From: an uncultured Dehalococcoidia bacterium
Lineage (GTDB): Bacteria; Chloroflexota; Dehalococcoidia; Lucifugimonadales; UBA3495
Length of the DNA: 36,195 nt
NCBI GenBank assembly: GCA_964401855.1
Contig: CAYOAF010000099.1
Location: forward strand, 1 to 36,195
Reading direction: 5' to 3'
Shown here: positions 33,762-36,195 of the stretch, piece by piece
Position numbering within the stretch: the stretch's first letter is position 1
Layout: the number at the start of each line of letters is the position of its first letter
Notes under the pieces: generated by a model
Told to the model about the DNA's origin: nothing
Databases searched by the model: none
The model's input: the letters and a program-made list of their open reading frames with translations, nothing else
Program-made: the position numbers and the translations under genes

Positions 33762-36195
33762 ATGTCCAGTCAGACAAGCACATCGGAAACACCGGCCAGA
33801 GAGGCGGTACATGAGGCCGTCCGGCGCATCCAGGACTATTTTCGCCGGACCCAGTACTTGGACGGCTACTGGTGTGGCGAGTTGGAAACCAACGCCACCA
33901 TGGAGGCCGAATACTTGATGCTGGGCTATTTCCTGGGCCGGCAGGACCAGGAGCGCTGGCGTAAGGTCACCAACTACATCTTGAGCAAACAGCGGGAGGA
34001 CGGCTCCTGGGGCCAGTACTACCAGGCTCCCGGAGACCTGAGTACTTCGGTGGAATGCTACTTCGCCTTGAAGCTGGCTGGTTACTCTTCGGATGCAGAG
34101 CCCCTGCGCCGGGCCCGGCGGTTTATCCTGTCTCGCGGGGGCGTGCCCAAGGTGCGCGTGTTCACCAAGATCTGGCTGGCCCTGTTTGGTCAGTGGGACT
34201 GGCGGGGCACGCCCAATATGCCTCCCGAAATGATCTTTCTGCCCTCCTGGGTTCCCTTCAACCTATACGAGTTCGCCAGTTGGGCCAGGGCCACCATGGT
34301 TCCCATGCTCATCATCCTGACTCACCGGCCCAGTTGCTCCGTGCCCGAGTCGGCTCGCATCGACGAGCTTTACCACCAGCCCCGGAAGGAGACCGATTAC
34401 TCGCTTCCAAAGCCCAAGAACCGCTTGGGATGGGCCTGGGTGCTGCACTGCCTGGACCGGGCCGCCGGTCTGTACCGGAAGCTGCCGATGCACCCCTTCC
34501 GGGGATGGGCAGAGCGAAGGATCGTCGACTGGATATTGCGTCATCAGGAGGTAGACGGTTGCTGGGGTGGTATCCAGCCCCCCTGGGTCTACTCGCTCAT
34601 CGCGCTGCACCACCTGGGGTTTCCTTCCGATCACCCGGCGATGGAGAAGGGGTATGCCGGATTTGAGGGATATGCCATCGAGGACGAAGACACCTGCACG
34701 GTTCAAGCCTGCATGTCCCCGGTTTGGGATACCTGTCTGGCCCAGCGTGCTCTGCTGGAATCCGGGGTAGCCGAGGACGACCCCATGGTGCGCAGGTCTA
34801 CCCGCTGGCTGTTGGGCCAGCAGATCCTGAACGCTGGTGATTGGCAGGTCCGGGCCAAGAATACCCAGCCCGGCGGCTGGGCTTTCGAGTTCCACAATGA
34901 CCAGTACCCGGACATCGACGATGCGTCGGAAGTGATCATGGCCCTGGCCTCGGCCAGGCTCGACCCTGAGGCGGAGCACCTCCGTGAGGAGGCCATCGGC
35001 CGCGGGGTTGAGTGGTTGCTGGCGTTGCAATCTAAGAACGGCGGCTGGGCCGCCTTTGACAAGGACAACGGCCGCAAGCACCTGACCATGCTTCCTTTTT
35101 CCGACTTCGGAGAAACGCTGGACCCACCCAGCGCGGATGTTACCGCTCACCTGGTGGAGATGTTCGGCAGGCTGGGCTACACCTGGCAATTTCCGGCCTT
35201 GCGCCGGGCTTACACCTATTTGCGGCGGGAGCAGGAGGGGGACGGGTCCTGGTTCGGGCGTTGGGGCGTCAACCACGTCTACGGGACCGGGGCGGTGCTG
35301 CCGGCACTGGCGGCGATCGGTGAAAACATGGACCAACCCTACATCCGTCGGGCCGTGAACTGGTTGCTGGCTCACCAGAACGGCGATGGTGGCTGGGGAG
35401 AAAGCTGCGGTTCCTACGTGGACCCGGCGCTTCGAGGGGTGGGGGCCAGCACGGCCTCCCAGACCGCCTGGGCCTTGATGGCGTTGCTGGCCGCGGGGGA
35501 GGAAGCACACCCGGCGACCCACCGGGGAATCCGCTACTTGCTGGACACCCAGACCGATAATGGCTCCTGGGACGAACCCTATTTCACCGGCACCGGGTTC
35601 CCCGGTTATGGCGTGGGAGAGAGGGTGGAAACCCTGCCAAAACCGGGAGAACAGGGCCGCCAGGGCCTGGATATGCCGGCCGGATTCATGATCAACTACC
35701 ACCTCTACCGGAACACTTGGCCCTTGATGGCCATGGGGCGGTACGCCAGGCTTCTCGACGCAAAGCGGGGCGCCCAGAAAATCACCAGGCTCTTTGAGAC
35801 CCAAGAGGCATTTTCATCCGCAGGGAGACAGGAAGGATCAGGAAAGAAAATGAATAGCAAGTCTTTTTGCCTCCAGTTGAACACCCAAAGAGCACCGGAT
35901 TTCATTGATATCACCGAGTGGGTTTGTAAGTGCGTGGCCAAATCCAAGGTCGGCAACGGCTTCGCGGTAGTCTACTCCAAACACACTACCGCCGCGGTGA
36001 GAATCAATGAAAACGAGCCTCTGTTGCTCCAGGATATGGCAAAATTCTTGGAAAAGATGTCGCCCCGCAACGGCGGATACGACCACAACGACTTCAGCAT
36101 TCGCACCGTCAACATGAGTTCAGATGAGTCACCCAACGGCCATGCCCACTTGCAACACCTGCTGTTGGGTACCAGCGAGACCGTGCCCGTGATCG
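33762..36195 (+). CDS. shc: Squalene-hopene cyclase; the reading frame has no stop and continues in frame into a YjbQ/UPF0047 module (3' end outside the window)
   Basis: Hand translation from ATG 33762 (codons at positions divisible by 3) is open to base 36195 with no stop, so it is absent from the ORF track. SHC hallmarks: the DxDD motif as DIDD (34911-34922), QW-type repeats (QREDGSWG, QEGDGSWFGRWG, QNGDGGWGE, QTDNGSWDE), GGWAFEF, and the C-terminal TGTGFP...FMINYHLYRNTWPLMAMGRY. Confidence 0.9.
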   Translation, partial: MSSQTSTSETPAREAVHEAVRRIQDYFRRTQYLDGYWCGELETNATMEAEYLMLGYFLGRQDQERWRKVTNYILSKQREDGSWGQYYQAPGDLSTSVECYFALKLAGYSSDAEPLRRARRFILSRGGVPKVRVFTKIWLALFGQWDWRGTPNMPPEMIFLPSWVPFNLYEFASWARATMVPMLIILTHRPSCSVPESARIDELYHQPRKETDYSLPKPKNRLGWAWVLHCLDRAAGLYRKLPMHPFRGWAERRIVDWILRHQEVDGCWGGIQPPWVYSLIALHHLGFPSDHPAMEKGYAGFEGYAIEDEDTCTVQACMSPVWDTCLAQRALLESGVAEDDPMVRRSTRWLLGQQILNAGDWQVRAKNTQPGGWAFEFHNDQYPDIDDASEVIMALASARLDPEAEHLREEAIGRGVEWLLALQSKNGGWAAFDKDNGRKHLTMLPFSDFGETLDPPSADVTAHLVEMFGRLGYTWQFPALRRAYTYLRREQEGDGSWFGRWGVNHVYGTGAVLPALAAIGENMDQPYIRRAVNWLLAHQNGDGGWGESCGSYVDPALRGVGASTASQTAWALMALLAAGEEAHPATHRGIRYLLDTQTDNGSWDEPYFTGTGFPGYGVGERVETLPKPGEQGRQGLDMPAGFMINYHLYRNTWPLMAMGRYARLLDAKRGAQKITRLFETQEAFSSAGRQEGSGKKMNSKSFCLQLNTQRAPDFIDITEWVCKCVAKSKVGNGFAVVYSKHTTAAVRINENEPLLLQDMAKFLEKMSPRNGGYDHNDFSIRTVNMSSDESPNGHAHLQHLLLGTSETVPVI
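35850..36195 (+). other. YjbQ/UPF0047 (secondary thiamine-phosphate synthase-like) module, N-terminal ~115 aa, in the same frame as shc; may also be translated on its own from ATG 35850
   Basis: MNSKSFCLQLNTQRAPDFIDITEWV...GFAVVYSKHTTAAVRINENEPLLLQDMAKFLEKMSP..YDHND...NGHAHLQHLLLGTSETVPV matches the UPF0047 pattern (HTTA..INEN.....D......P....Y.H......N..AH....LLG.S...P). A purine-rich SD-like AGGAAGGATCAGGAAAG precedes the ATG. GC drops visibly from ~35790. Confidence 0.75.

Noticed and set aside
34263-35804. 513-aa minus-strand ORF (and the 203-aa plus-strand ORF 34055..34666), the only long ORFs the track offers across this region
   Set aside because: Both are Arg/Gly/Pro/His-rich with no family resemblance. 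The third plus-strand frame encodes a textbook squalene-hopene cyclase across the whole region, so these are GC-driven shadow ORFs.

Overview
GC-rich bacterial chromosomal window (by eye about 60-65% GC, not computed; many GTG/TTG starts; lineage cannot be assigned from the sequence alone). Gene order: the 3' end of cobO, then cobT-cobS-(gap)-cbiB-cobD (cobalamin nucleotide-loop and aminopropanol-arm genes). Next come a PNPOx-like flavoprotein translationally coupled to an M16 zinc peptidase, a convergent HtrA-type protease, and rph. A comEA-comEC competence operon follows in which both genes are broken. Then ilvE, plsY, a small membrane ORF, and a PAP2-like protein lacking the catalytic residues. 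After that: a frameshifted, truncated DUF4011-type helicase relic, mobA, and a ~1.4 kb lower-GC island with two orphan ORFs and a GIY-YIG nuclease gene bracketed by inverted hairpin repeats. A nuoE-like/nuoF-like/fdhA NAD-linked, Cys-type formate dehydrogenase operon follows; its catalytic subunit carries an in-frame 72-nt copy of an intergenic repeat. The window ends with acyl-CoA dehydrogenase, enoyl-CoA hydratase, a HIT protein, mog/moaB, and a hopanoid cluster (polyprenyl synthase, hpnH, hpnG, hpnA, shc). The shc reading frame (33762 to window end) is missing from the supplied ORF track because it has no stop codon. Hand translation shows it runs, in the same frame, straight into a lower-GC YjbQ/UPF0047 module. 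I saw no rRNA, tRNA or CRISPR array. Several families of short GC-rich hairpin repeats are scattered through the intergenic regions. Most long minus-strand or alternate-frame ORFs in the track are Arg/Gly/Pro-rich shadows of real genes. The observations most worth follow-up are the shc-yjbQ open fusion, the REPtron-like GIY-YIG unit, the repeat insertion inside fdhA, and the co-located decay of comEA, comEC and the helicase relic.
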